Part shown: positions 28,630 through 41,604 of the stretch, one piece after another
Position numbering within the stretch: the stretch's first letter is position 1
Layout of the letters: each line of letters begins with the position of its first letter
Assembly: GCF_006345805.1 (NCBI RefSeq)
Contig: NC_043002.1
Location: 63,178,001-63,242,000, forward strand
Direction: 5' to 3'
Source: Octopus sinensis
Lineage: Eukaryota
DNA length: 64,000 nucleotides
Notes under the pieces: generated by a model
Told to the model about the DNA's origin: nothing
What the model saw: the letters and a program-made list of their open reading frames with translations, nothing else
Databases searched by the model: none
Program-made: the position numbers and the translations under genes

Positions 28630-28830
28630 TAAACATTCACGTGACCTCTTTATTATGGCCAATAAGAAATTTTAGGCGGGACACTAGCCAAATTTTAACT
28701 TCTCTGGAGCCTTTTTTCTTACCCCACACCAACTTCCATTCAAACATTCACGTGACCCCTTCATAATGACCAATCAAAATTTTAGGCGCGAAACCAAGCA
28801 AATCCAAAACAACTCTGGAGCCTCTTTTTT
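28630..28830 (+). promoter_or_regulatory. Duplicated 111 bp module with E-box, CCAAT and E2F-like motifs in the PLE 3' region
   Basis: CACGTG at 28638 and 28749; CCAAT at 28659 and 28770; GGCGGGA at 28675 and GGCGCGAAA at 28785. Confidence 0.4.
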
Positions 28831-28860
28831 TTCACATATAAGAGACAGACTCTAATCTCT

Positions 28861-28910
28861 CTTTTATATTTTGATAAGCATAACAAATGCGCAACCGGTA
28901 AAAAGAACTT
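28861..28910 (+). ncRNA. Decayed minimal hammerhead in the PLE 3' pseudo-LTR (family e)
   Basis: TTGATAA-GCAT-aacaa-ATGC-GCAAC-CG-GTA^AAAAGA. There are three substitutions relative to CTGATGA/GAAAC, a perfect 4 bp stem II and an ACCGGT palindrome. Confidence 0.55.
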
Positions 28911-29011
28911 TCACCTAATTAAATACTTAAATTACTTCAATTATTTGTCAGCATTTCCTTCTTTTTCATTTCTCCTTTTTTATATATATATATATATATA
29001 TACATATATAA

Positions 29012-29049
<38 letters not shown>

Positions 29050-30340
29050 TGCGTGTGGTGACAAATTGTCGTCCAAATTACGCAAGGTGCATGTTTTGCA
29101 AACATCTTGCTCGTGCAAGTGCTACCAGTAGAAAGCTCCGCATACAGGTATCCAGCACGTGTATGGAGAGATTACTCGCCGTTTCGAGGCCTACTTCTAA
29201 GCAGCATTCTCGTGCACCGCCCCATCTCATTGAAGTGAGGCCCGGCTTGCTAGATCAACTGGTTATGAGATATAGTTGAATATTCTTCTAGCCATTACGA
29301 ATGTAATGATAACTCTGGTTGGTTCTTTCAATGGTTCGTTTGCTATGTTGTTGAGAGCAATTTGCTTCTTTACAGCATTGGAGATAACATTTAGGAACAA
29401 ATTGTATCTCCATGTATATCTATTCAATGCCAGTGAAGAGTTGGTAGGAATATGTTTCAGTGTTCCGACTGTTCCGCATCTGCATATATCATTTTCTGAG
29501 ACGTTCTGGTCTTACTTGATTTTTAGGCGATGGCAAGACATCATAAGATGGATGAATCAGAAAATTTAACTTTGATGTAGTCCACCTCCATATCTCACTC
29601 CAACATATTTTTCTCTCATTTCGTCATCTGTCTTTGTTGGTCGCATTGGATCAAATAAAGTTTTCTATTCGTTGTTTTCTTTGTTTTGACGCATCATGCT
29701 TGCAAACGGTCAGGAACCGATCTGCATCAAATCCAAGTCCCTTTCCACGAATTTGCATTGCACCCACCATATCTCGGTGCGTAAGTGAAGATAGAATATT
29801 GTCACTCTATGCTTCTGCTTTCTACTTCATGGCTGATTTTACATCTTGTAGATTGAGACTTATGTACATATCCATCAACTCCCTGATCATGATCACCGCT
29901 TGTATTTTTACTAGTTTATTAAATTTTTAACTATTGCGCCAGTGGTAACTGCAACGAGCCTATTTTCTGATAGAGTGCTGAACTGTTCAATATTCAAGGT
30001 AGGCCTAACCACATTCTAATGAACACATTACTCTTTCTTTCAATGATTTCAACTCGTGAGAGAGTCACCTCGTTTATTAGAAGTGGCCACGAAAGGCACG
30101 GATACAAGCCGAACTGTGAGCACCATTTTTTATATTTACCTTGTATTTTTGAGCTATCGATTGATGTTAACCTATCTTCGGCTTGTTTCAGAATTTGCAA
30201 CCCGTGACTCCTGACAATGTTCCAGTGTATACACGCCCCAAGCTCTTAACGGATCCTTCCTTCACTGTTGGAATGCTTTCTTCAGCCGTTTTAAACTTAA
30301 CTTCTTTTTACTTTTGGAGTACCGCCTCGATATAAGAAGA
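29050..30340 (-). mobile_element. Decayed 3' part of a HERO-like (RLE) non-LTR retrotransposon
   Basis: IPTVKEGSVKSLGRVY; GKYKKWCSQFGLYPCLSWPLLINEVTLSRVEIIERKSNVFIRMWLGLP (ORF 29994-30200); WSEIWRW..LNFLI..YDVLPSP downstream. Confidence 0.7.
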
Positions 30341-31619
30341 AATACACACCAGAACTTATTCCTTGTAAGCCTCGTACATATGCCGCCTGGGTGTTTTGCC
30401 TAACCACTAGGTTACGGTGACGTAAATATACCAAAAGCAGTTGTTAAGCGATGGAGTGGGGAAAAACACAGACACACAGACAGGCAGACACACACACATA
30501 AGTATACATGTAATGCTAATCTGTTGCTCACAAGTCAATAGTTAAATTTAAAGCCGCAAAGTATGGCAGCAGCTATGTACGCTTAAACCACTATTTCCTT
30601 TTCAAAAGTAAGAGAGAGAGACACACACAGAGTCTGAGATACAGAGAGACAGAAGGAGAGGTTGAGGATGCGGTGGAAAGGAGAAATGATGAGAGAAATG
30701 GAGAGACAAAGGCAGAGGCAAAGGATGGGAGGGAGATAGTTAGAAAGTATTGTTTTGAGTGTTATATTTTGAACGAAATTATAAATTTCCCGGTCTTGTC
30801 ACCTCAGGAGAGATATAAGTTTCGGTCTTGTATTTCGAAAAGCGTGCTTGTAGTCTGACTCAAGTAAATTTATCCATAGAGACTGATAGTAGAAAACACT
30901 TTGTAAGTTATTAGAAATGAATTCTTCATGATTTGGGAATGCGAAGATCACGTCAGTAAATTACACTTTATTTGGATATCACGTATTTTACTCAGTTAAC
31001 GATATGTATCACATTTCAGTAGATAATATTAACAGTTGCGATATCATTTTGGACGCAGGAAATTAACGTGTGATAAAGCTGAGTATAAGAGCTTTAGATG
31101 TGTACACATATATTTTTGTACCATTTTAGCTTCAGCATAGGTGCGGTAACGAAATTTCCTTAGTGGGTGGAAACCTAATTGTCCGGGAAGACGTTCAAAG
31201 CATTTTCATTGCCCCAACAATATTTTAGAGGATGTGATCTTGCGCTCCTCTCTTCCCTGTTTCCGAGCGTATGAGCGTTAGCCTATATTTGTCAACTATT
31301 TAAGAGGAACATTAAAAACCAGTACAGATCACTCAGGGTATGTTGAACAGTTGCTTGTTTTCAGATGGAGCAATAATTCAGGACCTTTATGGTGTTCTTG
31401 TTCTTCCCTGATATGGAAATGTCTCAGTGAGTGGTTTATAAAACTGTAAATGCAATATATATATATATATATTATATATATATATATATATATACAAGAC
31501 AGCTGATAACAATTTCTGCCTATTTTTATATCATGATAACAGGAGAATCAGATTGTAGAACAGATGACAAAATGAAAATATTTAAGATCGAAGCAACTAA
31601 AGCGAAAAGGTTATAGTTA

Positions 31620-32400
31620 AGATAGACAAATGTACGTAAAATCTTCAACGTGTTAAAATATGACTCGTTCTAGCTCAATTCCCCTGTTTACAGCAGTGCT
31701 TGGAGAGAAAATGTATAGCATGTGATCGTCGCATTGACCATGACAGAAAAAGTTGTCATGGCGTTAGCTGATCAGAGGCCTACGCAAAGTTCCAGAAAGT
31801 GTGTGGAGAGGAGTCCATGAGCCGCACACAATTGTACGAGTGTTTCAGACATTTCCAAGATAGTCGAAAAAATGTCGATATTGACAAACGTTCTGGGAAG
31901 CCCGCAACCAATAGAACGGAGAAAATATCATAAATGTGCATGCATCTGTGAGGGAAATGATCAAATCAACATCTGTGTGTTATCAGAGGATGTGCAGATC
32001 TTTTACGTTTCAGTTCAGTTCATTCTCAATAAAGAATTTTCTATGAGATGCGTGTTTACTAAATTTGTGGCCAAAGTGCTTTCAGCTGACTAAAAGGTTT
32101 TAGTTGCCCAGGATCTCTTTGATTGCGTCAAGATCGATGAAAACGTTTTGAAAACTTTGTGTGGGCGTCTGAGCATGTATCGACAAGATTTTACAAAATT
32201 TGATGCAGATTCTTTGCTCAACTTTCTCTCTTATGGTCAATGCAAAGATCATAGTCTGCACATTTTCATTCCAAGCACTACTGTAAACAGGTGAAGTGAG
32301 CTATAACGTCAAAACTTAGCGCGCATGTACACGAGATTTCAAGGTCAATCGCTGTCTAGGGACTTTACTCTGCGTGCCTTACCTCCGTAACTATTGCAAA
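31620..32400. mobile_element. Mariner derivative made of two inward-facing 5' ends
   Basis: Plus-strand HTH fragment (YAKFQKVCGEESMSRTQLYECFRHF..DKRSGKP); 32215-32310 is the reverse complement of 31668-31760. Confidence 0.7.
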
Positions 32401-33301
32401 ACAAAACAGATACTTATTGATCAAACCACGTATACAGAAATGGATTTAAATGTATCCCAGGCTTTCACTCTCTCGTTTAATATTTATATGTTTGCATGCA
32501 TGTATGTAAATATGTATGTATACATTATGTAAATATCTATGTATACATGTATGTAAATATTTATGTATGCATGTATATATTTACAAACTCACAACGGTAC
32601 ATATGCTTGACATGTGAAACACCTGATTCTTAGTTAAAAATTGAATGTTTATTTATGAAGTGGTAATTCGCTTAGCTTACCTTTTATGTATATGTCGTAA
32701 ATAAATAAAAACACTTTGAAGCTCCCATCGTAACTTAAAAGGGAAATTGATGGGCGAGTGGAGTTTAACATGATGTGAGTTAATAAATTTACGTTTAAAA
32801 TGTAGACAGCAATAATTAATGGAACTTTTGGGCAACAATCTATAGAATAAAATTCATATGAGTCTCGTCATCTGTCTGGAAGAATGAAAAAAATAGATGT
32901 TAGCATATATATTGCATAAAATTTTACTTACATGGACACAGTATATACAGAAATATTGGTCAAAGCATAGTTTTAAAAGCTCGAATGTGCAAGATATGCC
33001 ACACAAGAAGAGTGTAAAGTAAGCGCTCATATTCGCTTCTATACAAATATTCAACATCTGTGTGTGTGTATGTATATATAAGATACGCAATCAAAGATGC
33101 AGAAATGGTGTGCTCCGAATGATTTAGGTGACGTAATCCAATGGAAGAGACAGAGATACATGAATTAGCTAACCCACCCAAACTATCAGAAGGACGGAGT
33201 AAGGGTCTGTGTGAGCGTGCAGTAAATAGTCAATTGAAAAAGAATACAGGAGAGAAGCAAATAACAATAAGAAAAAATGGCTGTTAGTGATGTATGTGTG
33301 T

Positions 33302-33347
<46 letters not shown>

Positions 33348-33849
33348 AGCAAAATGGATTAATAAATCCAGGTCGGTATCTCGAAAACACAGTGTTAAAT
33401 GAACTCGGTTTCCTATATCAAGTGAGTGAGAAACAGAGAATAACACTGGAAATTGATAGAGAGACAATAAGCTCAGATTTATATTTTGGCAGTGAATTTT
33501 ACGTTGTAGAATATGTTTAACTATCAGAACGTATTATTGGAATTAGTCGCGACAAAAGCGTAAATGATTAACATCGACTTAAATAGACTTAACCAGCTGA
33601 TTAATGACGATAATTATTTTGAATGTAGCCAGAACTGAAACATCCATAATATGCAATTTCTACTTCTACTGTATTAAATGAAACTTAATTTGTAGTCTCA
33701 TTCATTTTGTTCAAACAATGTATGTCAAAATGAAGAAGAATTTCATACACAAACACGTATATGCATACATACATGCTTATACACGTGTGTGTGTATGTGC
33801 GTAATGTAATTATGTGCATTTAATTATATAAGCACATCCTGAATCATAT

Positions 33850-34010
33850 ATGTGTAGATGAGATTTACAGTAAAACAAAAGATGAAGACAGTTGTATGAA
33901 CAACAAGCAGGTGTATTAGTTTCACGCTCGGAAAAGTGTGAAAGTATTTTACGTTTCGAGCCTACGCTCTTCAGCAGAAAGGAATAAGAGAACATGAACA
34001 CAGAGAATAA
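33850..34010 (-). mobile_element. Second family-f pLTR-like repeat with minimal HHR motif
   Basis: Minus strand reads CTTT-CTGCTGA-A-GAGC-GTAG-GCTC-GAAAC-GTA-AAA (33947-33981). Confidence 0.55.
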
Positions 34011-34090
34011 AAATATAACTTGTGGGTATGGCGGTCGAACATGGCGTATGATTGGACAAAAATAGTTTGAGCTAGGAAGTACAAGTGATC

Positions 34091-34129
<39 letters not shown>

Positions 34130-34306
34130 CGTGTGTGTGTGTGTGTATAGGAGTGGCTATGTGGTAAGTATCTTGCTTACCAACCACATGCTTCTGAGTT
34201 CAGACGCAGAGCGTGGCAAATTGGTAAACTCTTTTCTATTTAGCTTCGGCCGACCAAATTCTTCTGAGAGGATTTGGTAGAAGGAAACTGAAAGACGCCC
34301 GTCGTA

Positions 34307-34371
<65 letters not shown>

Positions 34372-34372
<1 letters not shown>

Positions 34373-35472
34373 GTAACCAGTAAAATATAATACAAACATG
34401 GACAAGAACATGAAACACACAAGGAGATGACACAAGAACCACAGGACGGATATTCGAAGCCCTCAGTCACACAGTCAAAAACCAGATCATCTTTGCAATT
34501 TCGGCTGATTAATCTTGAGATTGCGCCGATCTGGGCAGCCCCCCAAGGGAATCTAAGCCAAGCGCATTAGATCCCTTGAAGAAAGCTTCGAATTTTTACA
34601 ACACACAGGACAGAAAACGAACGATGTACATGAATAAAAATACAGAATACGTGACAACAATAAGGAAAGCACGAATAAAATACAAAAACGTAAAAAAAAA
34701 CGGTAAGGATAAAAATAACAAACAAAACAAAACCAGGACGTAGGACAAGGGTCTTTCGACAGGACGAGTTGAGTTGGGGCTGGCTTATGAAGTTGTGCCT
34801 AATGGCCGCGGGAGACGAACAAAAACGTGTTGCTTCGACGACTGCTGGAACGAAAAGAGGGCCCAGCAGTGGCTAGCGGTCACGTGAGGACAAAAGACAG
34901 GAGAAAGGGACAGATGAAGAGAGAGAGAAGGTGGACGAGGGAGGAGAAGAAAGAGACAGATCGACGGGAATGGAGGTAGGAGAGATAGAGAAACGTAGGA
35001 GGGGGACGGATGGAGAGAGAAAGAAAGAAGGGGAATAAGGGAGGGAGAGAGAGAGAGAGAAAGAGACAGATCAAGAGTCGTATCAATGCTAGAGAAAAAA
35101 TACTTAACGTATAAGGACAAGATTGTAGATACGAAGCCGCCGTTATATATGTAAACAGTAAAAAATAAATACAAACATGGTCAAGAACATGAAACACCAA
35201 GGAGACGACACAAGAACCACAGGACGGGATATTCGAAGCCCTCAGTCATCAGTCAAGAACCAGATCATCTTCGCAATTTCGGCTGATTAATCTTGAGATT
35301 GCTCCGATCTGGGCAGCCGCCAAGGGAAATCTAAGCCAAGCGCATTAGATCCCTTGGAAGAAAGCTTCGAATGTATACAACACAAGGACAGAAAACGAAC
35401 GATGTACACGAATAAAAATACAGAATACGTGACAACAATAAGGAAAGCACAAATAAGAATACAAAAACGTAA
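34372..35472. mobile_element. Non-coding element with two ~320 bp direct repeats and a 456 bp purine-rich interior
   Basis: 34372-34693 matches 35150-35472 (778 bp period); inserted in the (TA)n tract of a SINE. Confidence 0.75.
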
Positions 35473-35847
35473 TATATATATTAATATATGTATGTATATG
35501 TATAAAAAAAAATATATATGTATATATGTATCTATATGTAAATAAATATATATGTATATATATATATATATATATTTATGTGTTTGTGTTTGTCACCATC
35601 ACTTGACACCCGATGTTGGTGTGCTTACGTCCACTGTAACTTAGCCGTTGGGTAAAAGAAACTGATATAAGTACCAAGCTTGCAAAAAGTAAATCCTGTG
35701 GTCGATTTGTTCAACTAAAGGTGGTGCTCCAGCTGACTACTGTTAAATGACTGAAGCAAGTAAAAGAATAAAAGAATTATATATATATATATATTAATAT
35801 ATATATACACACTTACACACAACTATCTCACTATCAAGATAGATAGT

Positions 35848-35879
<32 letters not shown>

Positions 35880-35880
35880 C

Positions 35881-35953
<73 letters not shown>

Positions 35954-36442
35954 GAGATATGTAACCCAATCGTTGCATTTTATCATTAATGCCGAGTTGC
36001 CAGAAGCGTTAGCACGCCGGACGTCATGCATAGCAGCATTTTGTCCGTCTTCACATTCTCATTTCGATTACTGTGGACGTCTTCTTGGCTTTTATCGTTT
36101 TGGAGTCGATAAAATAACTTTCAGTTTAAAACTGAAGTCGATCTCATCGAAAATTTCACTAAACTAGGAGAGAAGAAAGGACGCCAATATATATACCACC
36201 TTTGAGTTATTGTTACAAAATGGACGCAGAAAACTAATTGCAGTTTCGCACTTCAACTGAAACCTACGATTATTTTTGTAGCACAATCACGCGAAAAGGC
36301 ACATACATACACACGTTTAGAGAAATGTATATTCACATATAAATATAAATATTCACATACATACGTACACGTTCACTTATGTACATATCTATATATAAAT
36401 ATCTATCTATCAATCTACCTACCTACCTATCTACCCATCTAT

Positions 36443-36538
<96 letters not shown>

Positions 36539-36963
36539 GCATCTATCTATCTCTTTACTCTCTTTTACTCTTTTATTTGTTTCAGGCATTTGACTGCGGC
36601 CATGATGGAGCACCACCTTTAGTCGAGCAAATCGACCCCGGGACTTATTCTTTGTAAGCCCAGTACTTATTCTATCGGTCTCATTTGCCGAACCGCTAAG
36701 CGACGGGGACGTAAATACACCAGCATCGGTTGTCAAGCAATGCTAGGTGGACAAACACAGACACACAAACACACACACATACATATATATATATACATAT
36801 ATACGACAGGTTTCTTTCAGTTTCCGTCTACAAATGCCTCACAAGGCATTGGTCGGCCCGGGGCTATAGCAGAAGACACTTGCCCAAGATGCCACGCAGT
36901 GGGACTGAACCCGGAACCATGTGGTTTGTTTAGCAAGCTACTTACCACACAGCACTCCTGCGC

Positions 36964-37006
<43 letters not shown>

Positions 37007-37007
37007 C

Positions 37008-37044
<37 letters not shown>

Positions 37045-37235
37045 CTATCTATTTATCTATCTATCTATATATATATATGTATATATATGTATATATAGAT
37101 ATAATATTTATATATAATGTATTTAAAAAAATAGGATAAAACTTAATAAGAAATCTTAATAAGAAATTATCAGGTTGTTAGCGTGAAAAACCTCATAAGA
37201 GAAAAAAACTGTAAATTTTTTTTCTTTGAAAATAT

Positions 37236-37645
37236 TTATTTATATTGTATAGAGGGCATAATTACACATAAATGCCACACGCTAGGAGGGACTCTTAAAG
37301 TCATAACTACCAAATATAAACAAATTGTACCGAATGCAATTCTCAAAGCGAGTCATTTAAAAACAGAATTTAGCCCCATCTCACCTGTGATTTCGCAATT
37401 AACGCGTTATACAAGTCCCTTGCTCTTCAGTGAAGCGAATTCAAAATATATAAATAAACAAAAAGGTGATATGGACGCGTTAATTGCGAAATCACAGGTG
37501 ATATGGAGCTAAATTCTGTTTTTAAATGACTCGCTTTGAGAATTGCATTCGGTACAATTTGTTTATATTTGGTAGTTATGACTTTAAGTGTCCCTCCTAG
37601 CATGTGGCATTTATTGTAATAATGCCCTCTATACAATATAAAAAA
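37236..37645. repeat. Fold-back with ~170 bp near-perfect arms and ~67 bp spacer
   Basis: 37236-37407 is the reverse complement of 37475-37645, with few mismatches. Confidence 0.9.
37373..37436 (-). ncRNA. Type I hammerhead (family h) in the centre of a fold-back; one substitution at U16.1
   Basis: Minus strand reads GCTTCA-CTGAAGA-GCAA-(21 nt)-TTGC-GAAA-TCAC-AG-GTGA-GA-TGGGGC. The opposite arm has GTGA-TA-TGGAGC, which restores the AUA site and a better stem I. Confidence 0.65.
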
Positions 37646-37779
37646 TATGTATATATATGTATATATATATGTATATATATAAGATATATATATATATGTA
37701 TATATATATTATATACATATATGTATATATATTATATTTGTATATATATGTATATATATAGGTATAGATTGTATATATA

Positions 37780-37820
<41 letters not shown>

Positions 37821-38120
37821 TATATACAGACTAGCCTTCATATGTAAATAAATTACATATTTAGGTAATGATATATATCATGTGATCACGTGACCGACCA
37901 GACCATCAGATGTTATTACACATCGCTGGTCACATGCGTTCGCATTGTTTTAGCCTTTGAAAGCGCCACCCCCCGCTGGCTAAGCGAGCAGGCCAACAGA
38001 AGAAGAGTGGGAGAAAGAGTGGTGAAAAGAGAACAGCAGGGATCACCACCCCTGCCTCCACACACACACACACACACACACACCACAACATATATATAAT
38101 ATATATATAATATATATATA

Positions 38121-38158
<38 letters not shown>

Positions 38159-38164
38159 TACCCA

Positions 38165-38828
38165 TTTATAACAGGGGCAAAAGAAAGATTTCTATGTCAT
38201 TATGCTGAGAATAGACTTTAAATCGTCTATTACAAACTTACAAAATACATTCTCCATGAATACACGTCATGTTGAAATCGAGGAAGGCAAGCTAGCAGGT
38301 TATTTAAAAAATGCGTTACCTCTATATTGAATCAGTTTCGCGATTAATCCCACGGATTTTCCCTGATCAGTAGAGAATTCGATAAGAAATAAATGAAATA
38401 CTTACGAGAACCCATGGAGAAAAGCAGAAGCAACAGTCATGTGTACACATAAGTAGCCCAGTTATATCTAAATGTAAAATTCTTTAGCAAGCCTCAGCAC
38501 TCGTGTGACTAGTCAAGAACCACAACTTTTAGTGGCTACTAGTCCCAAAGTGAATGGTAATAGATTTTATTCTAATATAGGATAAATTTTTTCCCCAAAA
38601 AATTTCATCACAGTCGCCAGAATATCAAAATAATTTTAAAGGTGAAAATTATAAACAATTGCATACGAGGGCAAAAGAAAAATGATTTCTATGCCAATAT
38701 GCTGAGTACAGACTTTAAGTCGTCAATCATATTACAATATACATGCACCATAAACACATATACTGAAATCTAGGAAGGCAAGCTAACAGAATCTTTTTAA
38801 AGAATTCGTTCAATCTATTTTGAATCAA
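38165..38828 (-). mobile_element. Tandem (~1.3 copy, ~495 bp period) HHR-bearing non-coding element, same family as 57.4-58.0 kb
   Basis: 38172-38335 repeats at 38667-38826; shared blocks with 57465-57600 and 57744-57840; flanked by (TA)n. Confidence 0.65.
38320..38375 (-). ncRNA. Degenerate hammerhead (family g, related to 57672-57730)
   Basis: Minus strand reads CTCTA-CTGATCA-GGGA...TCGC-GAAA-CTGA-T-TCAA-TA-TAGAG. Stem I is a perfect 5 bp; G8 is changed to C and stems II and III each have one mismatch. Confidence 0.55.
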
Positions 38829-38889
38829 TACATATATATATAATTATATATACATACATGTATAATATAACTTACATGAATATGTATAT

Positions 38890-38980
<91 letters not shown>

Positions 38981-39033
38981 GTAGATAGATGGACAGACAG
39001 ACAGACAGACGATGAGAGATAGAGAGATAGATG

Positions 39034-39085
<52 letters not shown>

Positions 39086-39649
39086 TATAGTAGATAGATA
39101 GTTAGATAGATAATAGATAGACATATACATTCATGCACGCAGATACACATATGGGTTTATGATATACATTAGAAATATTCAGTGAGAGGAAAATGAAAAC
39201 GAAACGTGAAGTATATGTATTTAATCGGAAATTGGAATAGAGAATGAAACATAGAGAAAACCATAACATCAAATATATAAAGAAGCATCCTTATTTCGTA
39301 TTATCCAATATAATCATATCCTTTTTCCCATTGAGCAGAAAAATATTTCTTCATCAACCGAAATTACTATAGGATTTTTTTTTTATAAATACCACTCGAT
39401 GTGCAATATAAAGAGCATAACACTTCTGCTATGGCGATATGGATAATGTTGCCATCAAGATATCCAAATTACTGCAGCTACCGACATTGAAGTGCTTCGC
39501 AAAACACTTGTAGAATATAAATGAAGCAACACATCATTTGGTTTCGTTAATTCCACTTACATCGAAAATTCTGTAATGTAAACGAATAAATATTTGTTAT
39601 TCAAAAATCGTAACGAACTTGTTCTTTATTCTGCACGCACTCTCTCCGT

Positions 39650-39672
39650 GCGCACACATACACACACACAGA

Positions 39673-39703
<31 letters not shown>

Positions 39704-39869
39704 CACACCACACATACACACACACATACAGGCACACACATACACATACACTCACACAAACTCACACGCCAATACATACATGCAGGAACTCATGCAAGTA
39801 AACGTGCACACATACACAGACAAACTCAGATACACAAACAGAAATGCGTACGCGTGCACACACACCGAT

Positions 39870-39900
<31 letters not shown>

Positions 39901-40340
39901 CAAGCACAGATACATATACAAACACACAGATACATATTCACGTATATATAAGCACACGTACACACGCAAACATACTAAAACGGGCAAATGTTCACAGAAA
40001 CATGGAAAATACCCAGAAACAAACACATACATACGCATACACAATGAAACACACACACACACAAAACGCATACACACATGCAAATATGCATATGCACACA
40101 CACACACACACACAAACACATGCATTCATACAGAAATACACACATACCTACATGAAGAAACGCACACATACATACGTAAATCATAAAGACATACAAGTGT
40201 ATACGTCACAGACATACACGCACAGACACATACAAAAATACAATTACACACATACACACACACACTCGCACTCACACACACACTCAATCACATACACACA
40301 CTCGCACACACACACACACACTCAAACACACACACATATG
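39650..40340. repeat. Degenerate (CA)n-rich low-complexity tract (source of the 253 aa His/Thr pseudo-ORF)
   Basis: Directly visible. Confidence 0.9.
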
Positions 40341-40752
40341 GGTGCTGTAGAATGAATCGATGAAGCAGATCATCTCTGTTGATAGTCGTTGGACCGGAAA
40401 CTTAACCAGAATCATTCTTGTGTTCTTGATGGAGAAATGAAATTATAATACCGGTTATCAACTAAAATTATTTTTCTCATCGCATCGTCATCCCCGTCTT
40501 TCTCGTTTAGCGTTCCGTATAATAATAGAACAAAAATCAAGCACACGGAGTATGTGGAGATGTGTTACATTAGCGACATTGGTACCGAGATTCGAGCAAG
40601 ATGCTGTTTTAAAGAAGTTTGCTCGTCGCGAACACATCAATATTTTTCATCTCTTCGTTAAATAACCAAACATTAAATATCAGATTACTTTCGATGTAAT
40701 GGGAGCAGCACACGGTCATATGTGTGAAATTCGCCAATGCACCCCCAAACTA

Positions 40753-40827
<75 letters not shown>

Positions 40828-41509
40828 TTATCTATCTGTCAGTCTGTTTATCAGTCTCTTTCTCTGTATCTATCACTCTGTCTATATAACTATCTCCCTA
40901 TCTGTCTATCCAACTATTTATCAGTCTATCTATCTATCAATTTATCGGTTTCTTTCTGTCGGTCTGTCTCTCTCTCTATCTATGTAACCACACACACACA
41001 CAAACTTACTGTTAAAAAAAGTGGAGATGCGTGGCGTTTAGTTACTTAATACATGGAAATCTATTAAACACTAAACAACGTACATGTAGGACTGACACAG
41101 AAGGACCCTAATTCTTCTTCAGTTACCAACCGAAATGTTACTACTCAGTTTCATGCCTTTAACGATAAGACTGAGAATTTCACATATCGGCGGCACCCGC
41201 AAGATTTGCCAAGTATTAGTGTTCGAGCAAACAAAACGATAGGGAGTGAACGTTCGAAAGTAAAGAAGCGTACTTTAAAACGATTAACGAATACGAATAA
41301 ATACGACCTTTCGGCCAAATAGACGAGAATGATGGGTAACTCCTGGAAGAAATCCTCAATGGACATAGACAAAGAAATAGCAGGGAACGAGAGAGATATT
41401 GACCAGCAAGCTAAGGAAGAGAGGAAGTTTGGATGCTAGAAAAGGAATATGGAAATGAGAGAATATATATATATATATTTAATATTACGTATACGTGTAT
41501 CTATAATGT

Positions 41510-41543
<34 letters not shown>

Positions 41544-41604
41544 TATATAGATATATATATATATTTATATATTGGCTTCATGACAACATCATCTTTATGG
41601 CGCA

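Larger units (their letters stand above)
24433..28985 (+). mobile_element. Penelope-like retroelement (Neptune-like), near full length, frameshifted, flanked by (TA)n
   Basis: N-terminal VINL..LLSKGLKFTP (~25.89-25.97 kb) and ADKG motif (~26.27 kb); RT ORF 26587-27348; CxxxxCxxC linker and GIY-YIG (~27.74-28.14 kb); ~75 bp terminal direct repeat at 24433-24508 and 28906-28985. Confidence 0.92.

Noticed and set aside
35225-35260. CTGATGA..CGAA..GTC on the minus strand of the 320 bp direct repeat
   Set aside because: No stem II or stem I pairing, and GAAA is GAAT; not a supportable hammerhead.
39594-40355. 253 aa His/Thr-rich ORF
   Set aside because: Translation of a degenerate (CA)n tract; no domain. 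The same applies to the many YI/CV/HT/YLSI ORFs.
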